Origin: Prevotella sp. UBA1378
Lineage (GTDB): Bacteria > Bacteroidota > Bacteroidia > Bacteroidales > Bacteroidaceae
NCBI GenBank assembly: GCA_002305505.1
Contig: DBRC01000040.1
Coordinates: 1-56,657, forward strand
Length of the DNA: 56,657 bases
Direction: 5' to 3'
Part shown: piece after piece, positions 1 through 12,911 of the stretch
Numbering within the stretch: the first letter of the stretch is position 1
Layout of the letters: each line of letters opens with the position of its first letter
Notes under the pieces: generated by a model
Databases searched by the model: none
Told to the model about the DNA's origin: nothing
What the model saw: the letters and a program-made list of their open reading frames with translations, nothing else
Made by a program: the position numbers and the translations under genes

Positions 1-39
1 ACATCACTCATATCGTTCCTTTATCCTTTACTCTTAACC

Positions 40-339
40 TCAAAACACCAATAACCCGTTAATCCAAAACAAGCCCAGCAACAATACGGTTACCAACACC
101 GCCACGCCGATATACAGCGGGGGAAAGCCATCTGCCCCTTTCTCTTTCTTCCGGTGCAGATGACTGGTGCCTTGCACAAATCTGCCGCGCAGGTTTTCCG
201 GGTGGCATTCTCCCGGCGGAAGCATGCCCAGCTCCCGTTTGGCTTTTTCCTCTATCGCGCCCAGACGTTCCTTCCGCTCGTCCACATAGATGTACAGATG
301 ATGGAATTTCCGTGGGCGGCGATGTCCGAACATGCTCAT
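40..339 (-). CDS. Small conserved hypothetical membrane protein
   Basis: 99 aa; basic N-terminus (RPRKFHHLYIYVDERKERL) and a C-terminal hydrophobic helix; start overlaps the stop of the upstream OstA-like gene. Confidence 0.75.
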   Translation of the reverse strand: MSMFGHRRPRKFHHLYIYVDERKERLGAIEEKAKRELGMLPPGECHPENLRGRFVQGTSHLHRKKEKGADGFPPLYIGVAVLVTVLLLGLFWINGLLVF

Positions 340-2066
340 GAACCAGCCTCCTGCTGCCGTTCATGGGAAACAGTATCATCAGGCGGCATCCCGCCCTGCG
401 GTTTCGCCGCTTTGCCCAATACCCTGACGGGAATTTCCCTGCGTTTCACCTCTTTGAGCTCCGTACCCTGCTTTTTGGGCCGCCAGTTGAACACGTCGCC
501 CTTATCAAGAGGGCGCACATAATCGAACCATGCAAAGGACGGAAGGAATTTCTTCTCGGGCGGAATCTGCGACATCGGGTACAGTGTGCCTTCGGCCTTC
601 GGCATCCATATCTTCTTCATCTTCCTGTTTTCCAGATACATCTTCATCATACTGGTTTCCGTATAATTCAGGCCTATCAGCGTACTGTCGCTGTCGTCTA
701 CCGGATAGTAAACCACCTGCACGTTGTCGATGGCATGCCCCTCGCGGATTTCACCTTTCACAAAATAGGAAACCATCTCCTTCGATGCCACTTGGTTGTA
801 ATGCACCGTATCGGGCATCTGCTCAACCGAAAGGGCCTGCCCGATGACATGGGCCCGGTTGATGGTAGAATCCTTCATGTACACTTTTATCACCTCGCCC
901 AGAAGCTGCTGCTGCTGGTTCCACACTATCGGGTCGCGGTACATCGTCATGCACGAGTCCTTCGTATCATACACCAGCGAGTCGCACACGGCCTGTACAT
1001 CAATACGGTATGCGCGGACCTTATTATAGGCATGTATCTTCCGGTACACCGAATCGGTATTGATATTGAACGTGAAGATTTTGAATGTATCGGCATGCAT
1101 GTACAACGAGTCCTTTTGCGAATAGTCGATGACCAAGGCCTTCTTCGTGGCCATGGCATACCCTGTCTGCTCGTTGTAATAGCAATAATCGCCGGTCATC
1201 ATGTTCTTGTTGGTACTGTCCGTATATACCACATTGCGGAAAGCCTCACTGGCACCGTTCTTGCTGTCGTGGTAAACACTGTCGCCCACCATGCGCCGCC
1301 CCTTATCGTTCAGTACGGAGCGCCCGAACAACCGGGCACGTTCCTTATCCGTTTCGTAATAGCCGTCCTCGGTATAAATCCGGCTGGAGCCCGACTTAAT
1401 ATGCGACGGGCCAATGACATGCGCCAGCGACTTACCTGTATCATAATACAAGGTATCCGTAGTGAGATAGAACTTTTTATCGCGCAAGCGCACGTCGTAA
1501 TTGAATACTGCCATCTTCGTCGCCGTGTTGTACTCGCCCCAGTCGGATGTCAACACGCTGCCCTTATCCACCAGTTTTCCGCCTTCGAAGAAGTAGCCGT
1601 AATTATACAGCCGGTCATAATCAAGACTGTCGGTATAAAGCGTCGACTTGCGGTGCTTCAGCACGACGTTATACCGCGCGCGGGCTATCTGTCCGTTACC
1701 GTCGTAATAAGCATAGTCGCTGAACAGCGAAAGCGTATCTCCCTGATACATCTTCACACGCCCGAAGGCCTCAAACGAGTTGGAGGCCTCATAGAAATAA
1801 GCACTGTCGCAAAACAACTTGGCACCGCTGTGCCTGAACTGCACCCTACCGTTCAGTATCTGCGCTTCAGGATTGCGGAACTGGTCGTAACGCAGCACAT
1901 CCGCATGCACCAAATAAACCCGGTCATCCTTGGGTTTTGCCTTTGCCCCCCGCTTCTTTGCCGAGAATACCGATGGGGTGGCGCATAGCCCAAACAGGCA
2001 TAGAACCAATATCATTTTGATTCCATGCCCGCCGTAGTTCTTCCTTATCGTTGCCCCTTCCGTCAT
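336..2066 (-). CDS. OstA-like (LptA/LptD N-terminal beta-jellyroll) protein
   Basis: Signal-like N-terminus; repeated beta-jellyroll motifs (LFCDSAYFY, LYTDSLDYD, LTTDTLYYD, QAVCDSLVY); coupled to the SurA-like gene. Confidence 0.85.
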   Translation of the reverse strand: MTEGATIRKNYGGHGIKMILVLCLFGLCATPSVFSAKKRGAKAKPKDDRVYLVHADVLRYDQFRNPEAQILNGRVQFRHSGAKLFCDSAYFYEASNSFEAFGRVKMYQGDTLSLFSDYAYYDGNGQIARARYNVVLKHRKSTLYTDSLDYDRLYNYGYFFEGGKLVDKGSVLTSDWGEYNTATKMAVFNYDVRLRDKKFYLTTDTLYYDTGKSLAHVIGPSHIKSGSSRIYTEDGYYETDKERARLFGRSVLNDKGRRMVGDSVYHDSKNGASEAFRNVVYTDSTNKNMMTGDYCYYNEQTGYAMATKKALVIDYSQKDSLYMHADTFKIFTFNINTDSVYRKIHAYNKVRAYRIDVQAVCDSLVYDTKDSCMTMYRDPIVWNQQQQLLGEVIKVYMKDSTINRAHVIGQALSVEQMPDTVHYNQVASKEMVSYFVKGEIREGHAIDNVQVVYYPVDDSDSTLIGLNYTETSMMKMYLENRKMKKIWMPKAEGTLYPMSQIPPEKKFLPSFAWFDYVRPLDKGDVFNWRPKKQGTELKEVKRREIPVRVLGKAAKPQGGMPPDDTVSHERQQEAGS

Positions 2067-3463
2067 TTAATCCAGCCTTGATACTCGAATTGGCAATCCT
2101 TATACCTGTCGCTCAAGCGGACGTACGTAGCCTTTATCTTATCCACCACCCATTGGTGCAGCTTCTCCTCCCGCCGTTTTTTCAGAACCACTTCCTTCAT
2201 CACCTGGAAATCCTCGGTAATCGTGGCCTTATGCCCATCGACACGGCTCTTCAGCTTAGCAATAGCGCAAACGGTCTTACCGCGGTCGTTAATCATCTCG
2301 AACGGGCGGGAAATCTGTCCCACCTTCATCGTGTCAACCACTTTTGCCACCTCGGGCGGCAAATCCTGCATCCTGAATTTCGACGTACGCGCATTGCCCG
2401 AGGAATTAGCCATCAGCCCATGGTTGTTGCGCGTGTCCTTATCGTCCGATATCGCCGTAGCGCCTTGTTCAAACGTAAACTTGTTCCCGACAATGTCTGC
2501 CCGGATAGAATCCAAGCGGGCCAAAGCCTTGGAAACGGTTTCTTCCGCCACCAACGGTTTGCGGAGGATGTGGCGCACTTTCACCTTGTCACCGCGCTTG
2601 TCTATCAACTGAATGATATGGAATCCGAACTCCGACTCCACGATCTTCGATATCTTCTTCGGGTCGGTCAGGTTAAAGGCTACGTTGGCGAATGCCGGGT
2701 CGAGCATGCCGCGCCCCATATAATCCATCTCGCCGCCCCTGCGCGACGAACCCGGGTCTTCGGAATAAAGGCGTGCCAGAGTAGAGAACGACGATTCCCC
2801 CTTGTTCACACGGTCGGTATAATCGCGCAGTTCTTCCTTTACCCGGTTAATTTCCTCCTGGCTGACCCGCGGGGTCTGACAGATAATCTGCACCTCCACT
2901 TCCGTCGGTACAAACGGTATGCTGTCGGCCGGCATGTCCTTGAAGTAGCGGCGCACCTCGGCTGGCGATACCGCAAGGTCGGACACGATTTTTTCCCTCA
3001 TTTTATCCGTCAGTTGCCGGTCGCGCAGTGCATCGCGCAACTCATTGCGTATCTGGCTTATGCTCTCGCGCTTGTATTCTTCCAACTTCTCGCGCGAGCC
3101 GACCATCTGAATCCAATATTCCAGCTGTTGCTCTACCCGCGCCGATACTTCGCTCTCCGTCACCTCCACGCTGTCGATGGCGGCCTGATGAAGGAACAGT
3201 TTCTGAACTGCCAACTGCTCGGGTATTGCACAGTCGGGGTCGCCCTTCCACTTGATGCCTTCCTGTTCCCCCTGCAGCCGCATGGTCTCCACGTCCGACT
3301 TCAAGATGGCTTCGTCGCCGACCACCCATATCACCTCGTCGACAATGCTTTCTTGCTGTATCGTTTTATCCCCGCCGTCTTGTTGCCCTTGTGCTATCGC
3401 CGGAAAGCCGCCCATAGGCAGCAGCGCCAACATTCCCAGACGGATGATGCTTGTTTTTCTCAT
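2063..3463 (-). CDS. surA: SurA-like periplasmic peptidyl-prolyl isomerase
   Basis: Signal peptide; SurA N-domain (VDEVIWVVGDEAILKSDV); parvulin motifs (FSTLARLYSEDPGS..GGE, ESEFGFHIIQL). Confidence 0.85.
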   Translation of the reverse strand: MRKTSIIRLGMLALLPMGGFPAIAQGQQDGGDKTIQQESIVDEVIWVVGDEAILKSDVETMRLQGEQEGIKWKGDPDCAIPEQLAVQKLFLHQAAIDSVEVTESEVSARVEQQLEYWIQMVGSREKLEEYKRESISQIRNELRDALRDRQLTDKMREKIVSDLAVSPAEVRRYFKDMPADSIPFVPTEVEVQIICQTPRVSQEEINRVKEELRDYTDRVNKGESSFSTLARLYSEDPGSSRRGGEMDYMGRGMLDPAFANVAFNLTDPKKISKIVESEFGFHIIQLIDKRGDKVKVRHILRKPLVAEETVSKALARLDSIRADIVGNKFTFEQGATAISDDKDTRNNHGLMANSSGNARTSKFRMQDLPPEVAKVVDTMKVGQISRPFEMINDRGKTVCAIAKLKSRVDGHKATITEDFQVMKEVVLKKRREEKLHQWVVDKIKATYVRLSDRYKDCQFEYQGWIK

Positions 3464-3473
3464 CTACGCTATA

Positions 3474-4958
3474 TTAATGTTTATTTACCGTCTTCAGTAC
3501 CTCCTTATCCACTTCGAAGGCATATTTCTTGCGCAATTCGCTTACCCATTGCTTTTCAAGCATTTCCTGGTAATCGGCCGTCACCAGACCGCGCACATCA
3601 GTATAATCTTCCGGCCCTTTCTTCAACAGCTTTCCATAAGTGGCGTCAATGGGGTATCCCTTCACTTCCGTCACCGTCGTATCTTTCTTGAACACATCGC
3701 GGTCGATCAGCGCATTGTCACCTTTTTTAAAGATGCCCTTCTCTACCCGGATACGGATGACGGAGTCGTTATTGAAAGCTTTACGCAACGCGTCGGCCCA
3801 ATCGTCGAACTTCAGGTTCTTCACACAGTCCTTCACGCCTTTCACGTCTTCCTGATTCTTCACATGATAAGCCATGCCCTTGAAACGCGGTTCGCTCCAG
3901 TTGTATTTCTTCTTGTTCTTCTTAAAGAAAGCCTCCAGTGCCGCATCGTCCTTCGCTGCATCCTCCCATACCGTGCGGTTGCTGATTTCATACAGCAACA
4001 GTCCGTCGTGGTATTCGCGTATCAGGTTCTTCAGGTCAGGGTCAAGAGCCTGCATCGAGTCGGCGCGTGCATCCATGATCTGCTCCTTCGTCAGTTTTCC
4101 TCCCGACTGTTTCACCATGTCTTCAATCTTCTGTCCGGCAATTTGCTCGCGGATATTGCGCTGCTCGATGAATTTCAGGATATTCTCGCGGTGGAAATCG
4201 AACGGTTCGAGCTGCTTGCGGTCCTTCATCAAGATGATGTGGTAACCGGCCGGCGAGAGCACGGGCTTGCTCGTCTCCCCAGCCTTCAGGGCAAAGGCTG
4301 CGTCCTCAAACTCTTTCAGCGTCTGATTGCGCTGTACCCACCCTATTTGCCCGCCGTTACGTGCCGACCCCATATCCTGCGACACTTTCTGGGCAAGTTC
4401 GGCAAAATCGGCCCCTTTCTTCAGCGCATTATACACCGAGTCGATCCGCTGCTTGGCCTTATCCTGTTCTTCCTGCGTAGCCTTCTGCCCCACATGCAGG
4501 AAGATATGCGCCGGAAGGATCAGTCCGTCCGGCCCGATGTTCTTCTTCGTGCTTTCATAAATCCGCTTTGCCTCCGCCTCGATGTCGGCATCGCTCACAA
4601 GCGACGGGCGGATTTGCTGGTCGCGGTATTGCGCAAACTCGTTTTTAAACGAGGTCAGCGTATCGAGCTTCGCATCAAGGGCAGCTGCCACTTTCAACTT
4701 ATAATTAATGAACAAGTCGACATACTCATCGACCGTCTTCTTGTCGATGACACCTTCCGAGTTGTTCTTATTGTAGGAATACTCGAATTCAGAACGCAGC
4801 ACCGGCTGCCCATTGATGGTCATAATCACAGGGTCAACGCCCTGCGCAGCCGCGTCGCTGACGGCAAACGGAGAATGGAGAATGGGGAATTGCATAAGCA
4901 CCGCCCACGATATCAACCCTACTCTCTTATTTACATTAATATATTTCATGCTGATCAT
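3474..4958 (-). CDS. PpiC/parvulin-type peptidyl-prolyl isomerase
   Basis: Parvulin motifs HIFL, GADFAELAQKVSQD..SA.NGG.IG, FEDAAF, SPAGYHII. Confidence 0.88.
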   Translation of the reverse strand: MISMKYINVNKRVGLISWAVLMQFPILHSPFAVSDAAAQGVDPVIMTINGQPVLRSEFEYSYNKNNSEGVIDKKTVDEYVDLFINYKLKVAAALDAKLDTLTSFKNEFAQYRDQQIRPSLVSDADIEAEAKRIYESTKKNIGPDGLILPAHIFLHVGQKATQEEQDKAKQRIDSVYNALKKGADFAELAQKVSQDMGSARNGGQIGWVQRNQTLKEFEDAAFALKAGETSKPVLSPAGYHIILMKDRKQLEPFDFHRENILKFIEQRNIREQIAGQKIEDMVKQSGGKLTKEQIMDARADSMQALDPDLKNLIREYHDGLLLYEISNRTVWEDAAKDDAALEAFFKKNKKKYNWSEPRFKGMAYHVKNQEDVKGVKDCVKNLKFDDWADALRKAFNNDSVIRIRVEKGIFKKGDNALIDRDVFKKDTTVTEVKGYPIDATYGKLLKKGPEDYTDVRGLVTADYQEMLEKQWVSELRKKYAFEVDKEVLKTVNKH

Positions 4959-4972
4959 GCTGTCTTAAGTTA

Positions 4973-6472
<1,500 letters not shown>

Positions 6473-6482
6473 TTATTGCGTG

Positions 6483-6490
6483 CAAATTTA
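6483..6490 (-). promoter_or_regulatory. Bacteroidetes sigmaA -7 box (TAAATTTG) for guaB
   Basis: Matches the TAnnTTTG consensus ~30 nt upstream of the guaB ATG. Confidence 0.7.
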
Positions 6491-6592
6491 CTTCTTTTTT
6501 CCCACAAAAGCACCGTCTTTCCGCAAATTATTCGCGAATTAATACGATTTAACAGGCACCGGAACGGCAGGTGCACCCATGCCCTCTTCCCG

Positions 6593-8782
6593 TCAGTTGG
6601 CCATCTCCGAGATGAACTTAATCCGCACGAGCCTTATCTCGTCTTCCGAGTAATCCTCCCCCAGTTCGGCAATGGCCGTTTCAAGGTCGTCGGTATCGCT
6701 TTCGCTGAAATAGCCGTAGATGTCATCGACATGGTCTTCGTCCATCACGTCCTCAAGGAAATAATCGATGTTCAGCTTGGTGCCGCTATATACGATGGCC
6801 TCCACCTCATCAAGCAAGTCTTCAAAGTCGATGCCCTGCGCATTGGCGATATCGTCGAGGGCGATTTGCCGGTCGATGCTCTGTATGATTTTCACTTTCA
6901 GCATCGATTTCTTCGCCACGGTGCGCACGCGCAGGTCGGCCTGCCTCACGATATCGTTCTCCTCGCAGTAACGCTTTATCAAGTCGACAAACTCCTTGGC
7001 ATACGTCTGCTTGATTTTCCCCTCGCCTACGCCTTGGATATTCTTCAGTTCTTCGAGTGTCACAGGATAGTCGGTCGCCATTTGCTCGAGCGATACATCC
7101 TGGAAGATAACGTACGGCGGCCGCTCCATTTTCTTCGACACCTTCTTGCGCAAGTCTTTCAGCATCGAATAGAGTGCCGGGTCGAGTGCGCAGGTACCTC
7201 CCTCATGCACCATCTCGTCTTCCTCCTCTTCATTAAATTCCTTGTCTTCAACAATCATAAACGATTTAGGTTTTTTCAGAAATTTCTTCCCCTCGGCCGT
7301 GATTTTCAACAGCCCGTAATTCTCCACGTCCTTTTTCAAGTATCCTGCGATAAGTGCCTGCCGGATGACAGGATTCCATATTTTCTCGTCCACGTCTTCG
7401 CCTGCGCCGAATTCCTCCAGCTCCTGATGTTTATGCGCGGTGATTTCCGCGGTTTCTTTCCCCATGACGAAGTCGATGACATAGTCGCTGCGGAAGTTTT
7501 CCTTAATGGCTGCAATAGCGTTGAGCACGATGACCAGCCACTGCCTGGCCTCTATCTTCTTCTTCGGATGCAGGCAGTTGTCGCAGTTGCTGCAGTTGTC
7601 CTTTTCGTATATCTCGCCGAAATAATGGAGCAGCATCTTGCGGCGGCACACGCTGGTCTCGGCATAGGCGGCCGTTTCCTGCAACAGCTGGCGGCCGATG
7701 TCCTGTTCGGCCACCGGCTTGCCTTCCATGAACTTATCGAGTTTCTGCAGGTCTTTGTTCGAGTAGAACGTGATGCACAGCCCCTCGCCGCCATCGCGCC
7801 CGGAGCGGCCCGTCTCCTGATAATAGCCCTCCAGGCTCTTGGGGATGTCGTAATGGATGACGAAGCGCACGTCGGGCTTGTCGATGCCCATCCCGAAAGC
7901 GATGGTCGCCACGATGACATCGATTTTCTCCATCAGGAAGTCATCCTGCGTCTGCGAACGGGTGGCCGAATCGAGGCCGGCATGATAGGCTGCCGCCTTG
8001 ATGTCGTTGGCCCTCAATACGGCAGCCAGCTCCTCCACTTTCTTCCGCGACAGGCAGTAGATGATGCCGCTCTTGCCCGTATGTTGCTTGATAAACTTGA
8101 TTATCTGCTTATCGGTGTCGTCATCGCCCTTCTTCTGGCGCACTTCATAATAAAGGTTGGGGCGGTTGAACGAACTTTTAAACTCGATGGCATCGAGGAT
8201 GCCGAGGTTTTTCTTGATGTCCGTGCGCACCTTGTCGGTGGCCGTAGCCGTCAGCGCGATAACCGGCGACTTGCCTATCTCGTTGATAATCGGCCGTATG
8301 CGGCGGTACTCGGGACGGAAGTCGTGCCCCCACTCCGAGATACAATGAGCCTCGTCGATGGCATAGAACGATATTTTCACTGTTTTCAGGAAGTCGACGT
8401 TGTCTTCCTTCGTCAGCGATTCGGGAGCCACGTACAACAGTTTCGTGCGCCCCGAGCGGATATCGGCTTTCACCTGGTCGACGGCCGCTTTGTTCAGCGA
8501 TGAGTTCAGGTAATGGGCCACGCCCTCCACCTCGCTCAGGTTGCTGATGACGTCCACCTGGTTCTTCATCAGCGCTATCAGCGGCGAAATCACGATGGCC
8601 GTACCTTCCATCAGCAGCGACGGCAACTGATAGCAAAGCGACTTGCCGCCCCCCGTAGGCATGAGCACGAACGTATCGTTGCCGTCGAGGACGTTGCGGA
8701 TTATCGCTTCTTGGTCGCCTTTGAACTTATCAAATCCGAAATATTTCTTTAATGCTTCTACAAGATTCACTTTGCCTTTCAT
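6593..8782 (-). CDS. recQ: ATP-dependent DNA helicase RecQ
   Basis: MPTGGGKSLCYQ, DEAHCISEWGHDFRP, TIAFGMGIDKPDVR, YYQETGRSGRDG, Zn-binding Cys cluster, RQC and HRDC domains. Confidence 0.97.
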   Translation of the reverse strand: MKGKVNLVEALKKYFGFDKFKGDQEAIIRNVLDGNDTFVLMPTGGGKSLCYQLPSLLMEGTAIVISPLIALMKNQVDVISNLSEVEGVAHYLNSSLNKAAVDQVKADIRSGRTKLLYVAPESLTKEDNVDFLKTVKISFYAIDEAHCISEWGHDFRPEYRRIRPIINEIGKSPVIALTATATDKVRTDIKKNLGILDAIEFKSSFNRPNLYYEVRQKKGDDDTDKQIIKFIKQHTGKSGIIYCLSRKKVEELAAVLRANDIKAAAYHAGLDSATRSQTQDDFLMEKIDVIVATIAFGMGIDKPDVRFVIHYDIPKSLEGYYQETGRSGRDGGEGLCITFYSNKDLQKLDKFMEGKPVAEQDIGRQLLQETAAYAETSVCRRKMLLHYFGEIYEKDNCSNCDNCLHPKKKIEARQWLVIVLNAIAAIKENFRSDYVIDFVMGKETAEITAHKHQELEEFGAGEDVDEKIWNPVIRQALIAGYLKKDVENYGLLKITAEGKKFLKKPKSFMIVEDKEFNEEEEDEMVHEGGTCALDPALYSMLKDLRKKVSKKMERPPYVIFQDVSLEQMATDYPVTLEELKNIQGVGEGKIKQTYAKEFVDLIKRYCEENDIVRQADLRVRTVAKKSMLKVKIIQSIDRQIALDDIANAQGIDFEDLLDEVEAIVYSGTKLNIDYFLEDVMDEDHVDDIYGYFSESDTDDLETAIAELGEDYSEDEIRLVRIKFISEMAN

Positions 8783-8819
8783 GTCTTATTATCTTAGTTT
8801 TAGGGGGCTGCACGGCATG

Positions 8820-10049
<1,230 letters not shown>

Positions 10050-10109
10050 CCTATTAGGGGTCTTACGGGCGGGCAGCCCGGAGGAGTTCCCGTTTTTCCG
10101 TAAGCGGAA

Positions 10110-10778
10110 TTATTCCTTTCTGGTTAATACTTGGTCTATCATCCCATACTCCTTGGCCTCGTCGGCGGTCATCCAGTAATTGCGGTCGGAATCGTTCCAA
10201 ACCTTGTCGAACGGCGTATGCGAGTGTTCCGAGATGATGGTGTATAGTTCTTTCTTGAACTTCATTATCTCCTTGGCCTCGATCTCGATGTCCGACGCCT
10301 GCCCCTGCACGCCGCCCAGCGGCTGGTGAATCATCACGCGGCTGTGGGTGAGCGCCGAGCGCTTTCCCTCCTGCCCGGCCACGAGCAGCACAGCACCCAT
10401 CGAGGCTGCCATGCCGGTACAGATGGTGGCTACGTCGCTCGAGATGAACTGCATCGTATCGTAAATGCCCAGGCCGGCCGTTACGCTGCCGCCGGGCGAG
10501 TTGATATAGATGGAGATGTCCTTACCCGAATCCACCGAGTCGAGGTAGAGCAGCTGGGCTTGCAGCGTATTGGCCGTATAGTCGTCGATTTGCGTCCCGA
10601 GGAAGATGATGCGGTCCATCATCAGGCGAGAGAACACGTCCATCTGCGTCACGTTCAGCTTGCGCTCCTCCAAGATATACGGATTAAGATACTGGGCCTG
10701 CGCGCTGATGACCTCGTCAAGCACGAGCCCGTTGACACCTAAATGCTTGGTAGCATATTTCCTAAAATCGTTGTTCAT
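10110..10778 (-). CDS. clpP: ATP-dependent Clp protease proteolytic subunit
   Basis: [30 protein letters not shown] (catalytic Ser), MIHQP, DRNYWM. Confidence 0.98.
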   Translation of the reverse strand: MNNDFRKYATKHLGVNGLVLDEVISAQAQYLNPYILEERKLNVTQMDVFSRLMMDRIIFLGTQIDDYTANTLQAQLLYLDSVDSGKDISIYINSPGGSVTAGLGIYDTMQFISSDVATICTGMAASMGAVLLVAGQEGKRSALTHSRVMIHQPLGGVQGQASDIEIEAKEIMKFKKELYTIISEHSHTPFDKVWNDSDRNYWMTADEAKEYGMIDQVLTRKE

Positions 10779-10857
10779 ATTCTTTGTTCGTTTTTATATT
10801 CCTTCTTTTCATTCACAAGGTCTGAAAGGCACCGCCCCGCTCCCCGCAGGGTGCGAA

Positions 10858-10929
10858 ATAAGGAGGTTACCGACCTTTTATTCTGTTCGTAGGAACAAAG
10901 TTAATAAAAAAAGTCGACAACCTCCTTAT
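10858..10929 (-). terminator. Long hairpin between tig and clpP (terminator or processing site)
   Basis: Imperfect inverted repeat ATAAGGAGGTTACCGACCTTTT / AAAAAAGTCGACAACCTCCTTAT downstream of the tig stop. Confidence 0.55.
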
Positions 10930-10955
10930 ATCTGAGGTATTTTTTCAAAAAAAGA

Positions 10956-12320
10956 TTATTTTGCCTGCATCAGCTGCTGGAAGTCGTCAAGACTGATGGC
11001 CTTCTCGTTCAGCTTCACCACCTTCTTCAGGGCTTCCGTCAGCTTCATGTCGACGGCGCGGTCGACAAGGCTGTCCACGCTTTCGCGCTTCTTTATCATG
11101 TCGTCAGCATAGTTGTCGAGGTATTCCTCGGGCACGTTGCTCATCCCGTACTGTGCAAACTGTGCGCGGGCGGCCTCCTTGGCCACGTGCTTCACATCGT
11201 TGTCGCCTACCTTGATTCCCAGTGCTGCCACCAGCTGCTCCTTTATAAGGTGCCACTCCAGCTCCTTCACGCTGCCTTCGTAATTGTCCTCAACAAACTG
11301 ATCGCCCTTTTCCTTGTTGTTGTTCAGCATAATCCGCTTCAACAGGGCATCGGGGAATACCAGCTTGCCCACCTTCTTCTCCATGTGGGCACGCACGTCG
11401 AGCAAGAACTTGTAGTCCTGGTCCTGCACCAGCTGCTGCCTGATGCCGTCGGCGATTTTCCCGCGGAAGGCTTTCTCGTCCGTCACGGTGCCCTCGCCGT
11501 ATACCAGGTCGAACAGTTCCTGATTCACCTCGCCCTTCACGAAGCGCGAAATCTCCGTCACCTGATAGGTGAAGTCGGAATCCAAGTCAGCCACCTGTTC
11601 TTTCTCTATTTTCAACAGCGCAGCCACTTCCACCGCGCTTTCCGGATAGGCTTTCTTCGGGTTGAAAGTGATGATGTCGCCCAATTTGGCCCCATCGAAG
11701 AGGTTCTTCTGCTCGTCCACCTTAATATATTGGGGCATCAGTACGGCGCTTTCCACCACGATGCCGCCCTCCTTGTTGCTGCCGTCGGCGTTCAGCTCGC
11801 GGATATCGCCTTTCAGCATGTCGTTCTGTGCAGCGTCGTAAACCTCTACCTTGTCGTAATGGCCTGTACGGCTTTGGAACATTTCCACCTGCCGGTCTAT
11901 CAGCTTATCGTCCACTTCGATGGCATAGTAGTCCACCTTGTCCCTGCCGGTCAGTTCGGCCTTGAATTCCGGTGCAACGGCGATGTCGAATACAAATTCG
12001 AACGTTTCGTCTTTCTCGATGTCGATCTGGCCCTGCTTGTCGCTCGGCAGGGGTTCGCCTAACATCCGGATATTGTTCTCGCGTACATATTCATAGATTT
12101 TCTCACCCACCAGCTTGTTCACCACGTCCATTTTCACGCCGGCACCAAACTGGCGCTTGATCATGCCTGCCGGGGCTTGCCCGGGACGGAAACCGGGGAT
12201 ATTGGCTTTCTTACGGTAATCTTTCAGAGTCTTCTCGACTTCCGGCTGATAATCTTCCTTCTCAACGGTCAACGTCAACAGCCCATTGACTTTGTCGGGG
12301 TTTTCAAATGAAATATTCAT
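10956..12320 (-). CDS. tig: Trigger factor
   Basis: Ribosome-binding motif IPGFRPGQAP; canonical tig-clpP-clpX order. Confidence 0.96.
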   Translation of the reverse strand: MNISFENPDKVNGLLTLTVEKEDYQPEVEKTLKDYRKKANIPGFRPGQAPAGMIKRQFGAGVKMDVVNKLVGEKIYEYVRENNIRMLGEPLPSDKQGQIDIEKDETFEFVFDIAVAPEFKAELTGRDKVDYYAIEVDDKLIDRQVEMFQSRTGHYDKVEVYDAAQNDMLKGDIRELNADGSNKEGGIVVESAVLMPQYIKVDEQKNLFDGAKLGDIITFNPKKAYPESAVEVAALLKIEKEQVADLDSDFTYQVTEISRFVKGEVNQELFDLVYGEGTVTDEKAFRGKIADGIRQQLVQDQDYKFLLDVRAHMEKKVGKLVFPDALLKRIMLNNNKEKGDQFVEDNYEGSVKELEWHLIKEQLVAALGIKVGDNDVKHVAKEAARAQFAQYGMSNVPEEYLDNYADDMIKKRESVDSLVDRAVDMKLTEALKKVVKLNEKAISLDDFQQLMQAK

Positions 12321-12363
12321 CTTCTGTTTGTATAATTAAGTATTTATTTCCGAAATCGAAGTG

Positions 12364-12371
12364 CAAAATTA
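12364..12371 (-). promoter_or_regulatory. -7 box (TAATTTTG) for the tig operon
   Basis: TAnnTTTG consensus upstream of the tig ATG. Confidence 0.7.
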
Positions 12372-12451
12372 CTTATAAAAGGTGTAACGGCCTAACGATT
12401 TGGAAAAATTAACTATTGTTTCAGTACGGCGATCCGCTATTACCAGCATTG

Positions 12452-12566
12452 CGCCAGCGCCTGGTACGTTCTGTACAAGCACCTTGTAGCCTCCCTACAA
12501 GCACCTTGTAGCACGATTACAAGCACCTGGTAACAAGCGTACAAGATGCTTGTACGAATCTTGTAC
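12452..12566. repeat. Tandem array of 22-bp units with palindromic core TACAAG-nnn-CTTGTA
   Basis: TACAAG starts at 12474, 12496, 12518 and 12540 (exact 22-bp period); degenerate units on both flanks. Confidence 0.85.
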
Positions 12567-12699
12567 TTTGCCTCACAGAAGCCGTTAAACACACAGAAGC
12601 CGTCCAATTAGCTGTGAAGCCGGATAAAGTGCCACGGAAATCACTTCCCCAAAGATTCATTTTCTTAACCTAACAGTTTTATAATTCCGGATTTTTATG

Positions 12700-12707
12700 T
12701 AAATTTG
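12700..12707 (+). promoter_or_regulatory. -7 box (TAAATTTG), probably for the PUL sensor gene
   Basis: TAnnTTTG consensus ~200 nt upstream of ATG 12912. Confidence 0.55.
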
Positions 12708-12911
12708 CCGCATCGTATCATGAAACGTATCTACGAAAGGCAGTAAGGATGCGACAGGAGGCTACAAGCAACGTGGAGGCAAACTAAACCAAATAATAAA
12801 ATAAAAACAGGAAAACATCATGCCACCCGAGAAAAAATTCCCAACAGGGCTGCACACCCGCCCCCGGCACAGGGCTTGCGGTCGCATGATGGCATAGCAA
12901 AAACCATAACG

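Noticed and set aside
12452-12566. CRISPR array
   Set aside because: Period is only 22 bp with 7-nt linkers, far too short for spacers; no cas genes in the window
12720-12746. Mini-ORF MKRIYERQ resembling a leader-peptide start
   Set aside because: Only 8 codons, lacks the YxxP proline, and there are no maturation genes nearby
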